Shown piece by piece: positions 30,365 through 32,000 of a DNA stretch of 32,000 nucleotides; position 1 is the stretch's first letter; the number at the start of each line of letters is the position of its first letter. The stretch comes from Candidatus Saccharimonadota bacterium. GTDB lineage: Bacteria; Patescibacteriota; Saccharimonadia; Saccharimonadales; UBA4665. The notes below the pieces were generated by a model, which saw only the letters and a list, made by a program, of their open reading frames with translations, made no database searches and was not told where the DNA came from. Both the position numbers and the translations under genes were made by a program. Location of the stretch: contig OY970322.1 of NCBI GenBank assembly GCA_963716945.1, positions 1,067,441-1,099,440 of the forward strand, in the 5' to 3' direction.

Positions 30365-32000
30365 ATGGTTGGACCGATGCACACGGGTGAAAGGGGCGGC
30401 TTTCCCGATGAAATAACCGCTATCAAGAGCGAGGTAGCCCAGAGGCTGGGCGCCGCCGCGGATTTCCAGCCCCAACAGCTGGAGGCCGTGCTCGGCCTGA
30501 CCGACCAGGCTTGGCAAGAAGTTGTCGGTATCATAGACGATCCGGACTCGATGGATAACATTACCGGCGATAACTGGGAGGCCAGCCATGCCGAGGAAGG
30601 TACGGAAGCGTCGCTGAAGCGGCTGGCCAGCATAAAAGCCGTCCTGCCCGCAGACGACATCAAGCAGTACAAGCACGGCATATCAATTGAAAACCACATG
30701 AAGCTGGCTCTGGAAGCTGCCGGCGACATGCCCGGCCTGCGGGTCTTCGGCGAGGTCTTGCGGGCCAAGCTTATCAACGGCGACAGCGAGCTGCTGGCCC
30801 AACAGGCATTGTTGATTTGGGCGCCGGTAATGGAAATAGCCGGCTGGCACGAGCTTAGGACCGAGATCGAGGAAGCCGGCTTCGGGCGGCTTTACCCGCA
30901 AGAGAAGAAAGCCATAGAAGAAACCTACGCCCACTTAGGCGGAGACGAGGCCCTGGCCGAACTTATAAAAGAGTACGGCGAAGGCGGCCAAGCCATCCTG
31001 GAAGAAGGGCTGGGTCCGGACGTAAGCTTCACGATCGGAGGCCGCAAAAAAGCCTACTACAGCGTTTGGCGGAAAGTTACCCGCGACGGCCGGCCAAGCT
31101 ATCAGCTACCGGACTTCCTCGGCATGCGCGTGGTCATCGATTCCGACGGCGACGAGGAAAAGGCCGTGGCCAATTGTTACGCCGCCGCGGATATAGTAAC
31201 CCAGTGTTTCACGCCGGAACTTGACCGCTACAAAGACTATATCGCCAACCCCAAATCCAACGGCTACCAAAGCCTGCACATGACGCTGACCGACATCAAT
31301 AACGCCCGGCTGGAGTTCCAGATCAGGACCAGCGCCATGCACGACAAGGCGGAAACCGACCCCAACACCTCGCACATGGTCTACAACGCTTCCAGCAAAA
31401 TAACGCCGGGCCGGCACTTCAGAACCTGGCTGCCAAGGCCGGGCCGGATATACAGCTGGCGTGAAGCGGCGGCCACTGAGATCCGGCAAAGGCGGGATGC
31501 CGGCAACCCTAGCTTGGAAGGCTTGCAGCCCGGTACTGTCCTGACCTTCGACAAAGACGGGCACTTGTACCAGCTTAACAACGGCGACACAGCGCTGGAT
31601 TTCGCTTTCGCCGTCCATAACCGGCGCGCTCTGTCGACCCAGGCTATTTTTGGCAAGGAAGGCCGGCCGGTCAGCCTTGACAGCCCGCTTAGGTTCGCCG
31701 ATGCCATGTCCATCAAATACCACCCGGTCAAAACGGAGATGACGTGGCAGGACTCCTGGTTCGAAAAGGTGAATTCCTCGACCGCTAAGAAAGCCCTCCG
31801 CAAAGCCGACCGGGAACGCGGCGAGACGAAGTACATCGCCAGCGGCATGCGGGTCCTGGTCAAGGCGCTCGGCCGGCGCGGGATTAGAGGCGACGTATTG
31901 GCTTCCCTGGATGATCACGACCGCGAGGCTATCGCCGAAAGGTATAGTGTCACCGGCTTCGAAAAGCTTGTCAGGAACATCGGTGCCAACGCTCTCAAGC
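30365..32000 (+). CDS. Long RelA/SpoT-homolog (p)ppGpp synthetase with a TGS domain; the N-terminal HD hydrolase motifs are not detectable (gene continues beyond window end)
   Basis: Absent from the ORF track because it is open to the window end. My translation gives ...LIWAPVMEIAGWHELRTEIEEAGFGRLYP..., GGRKKAYYSVWRKV, PDFLGMRVVIDS, YKDYIANPKSNGYQSLHMTL and EFQIRTSAMHDKAE (the synthetase domain). A TGS-like segment follows: VLTFDKDGHLYQLNNGDTALDFAFAVH. An in-frame TAA at 30359-30361 bounds the 5' end. Confidence 0.9.
   Translation, partial: MVGPMHTGERGGFPDEITAIKSEVAQRLGAAADFQPQQLEAVLGLTDQAWQEVVGIIDDPDSMDNITGDNWEASHAEEGTEASLKRLASIKAVLPADDIKQYKHGISIENHMKLALEAAGDMPGLRVFGEVLRAKLINGDSELLAQQALLIWAPVMEIAGWHELRTEIEEAGFGRLYPQEKKAIEETYAHLGGDEALAELIKEYGEGGQAILEEGLGPDVSFTIGGRKKAYYSVWRKVTRDGRPSYQLPDFLGMRVVIDSDGDEEKAVANCYAAADIVTQCFTPELDRYKDYIANPKSNGYQSLHMTLTDINNARLEFQIRTSAMHDKAETDPNTSHMVYNASSKITPGRHFRTWLPRPGRIYSWREAAATEIRQRRDAGNPSLEGLQPGTVLTFDKDGHLYQLNNGDTALDFAFAVHNRRALSTQAIFGKEGRPVSLDSPLRFADAMSIKYHPVKTEMTWQDSWFEKVNSSTAKKALRKADRERGETKYIASGMRVLVKALGRRGIRGDVLASLDDHDREAIAERYSVTGFEKLVRNIGANALK

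Noticed and set aside
30313-31918. Minus-strand ORFs 30313-30777, 30335-30676, 30683-30934, 31106-31918 and 31381-31863
   Set aside because: The plus strand carries one continuous frame from 30365 to the window end with RelA/SpoT synthetase and TGS motifs. The track omitted it only because it has no stop within the window.
1-32000. Looked for CRISPR arrays, IS elements or transposases, integrases, toxin-antitoxin pairs, restriction-modification or other defence genes, rRNA and riboswitches
   Set aside because: I found no spaced direct-repeat arrays and no transposase, integrase or nuclease motifs in any frame I read. The intergenic regions are too short (mostly under 100 nt) to hold known riboswitch folds. 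The only repeats are the GXY coding repeat, a 10-bp tandem and small palindromes, all reported above.

Overview
GC-rich (about 55-60% by eye), very compact bacterial chromosomal segment with short or absent intergenic spacers. I call 37 protein genes and 3 tRNAs (Glu-UUC, Lys-CUU, Arg-UCG, all with encoded CCA). I saw no rRNA, CRISPR array, transposase, integrase or recognisable phage or defence genes. Two genes run off the window edges and are missing from the ORF track. One is a UvrD/PcrA-type helicase (1-480, minus). The other is a long RelA/SpoT-homolog (p)ppGpp synthetase (30365 to the window end, plus). Housekeeping content: a pyk-pgk-tpiA glycolytic operon, folD, folC-folA, pdxS-pdxT, murD, a pyruvoyl-dependent arginine decarboxylase, and several EamA/DMT and TSUP permeases. 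Gene content and protein style suggest a reduced-genome lineage such as Patescibacteria/CPR (Saccharimonadia-like); this is inference only. The items most worth a second look follow. (1) murD is start/stop-overlapped with a 426-aa PP-loop/Cys-motif protein, the synteny of the MurD2-MurL route for D-Glu incorporation. (2) A tightly coupled operon encodes an 8-TM membrane protein, a 92-aa soluble protein and a TM-less GAF histidine kinase, which could be a sensor split into three polypeptides. (3) A consensus-promoter-driven surface-protein operon carries a short collagen-like GXY run and a variant LVNTG sorting signal. (4) A recurrent TGn-extended -10 box sits 7-11 nt from start codons, implying widespread leaderless mRNAs; I used it to revise several ORF-track starts. 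(5) A roughly 1.1 kb low-GC insert abuts tRNA-Lys. (6) A PRMT-like methyltransferase lies convergent with a stand-alone DUF2156 protein. I did not find a clearly novel multi-gene system such as a defence island; the strongest candidates are the split-sensor and surface operons. All functional calls come from reading motifs by eye, with no database search.
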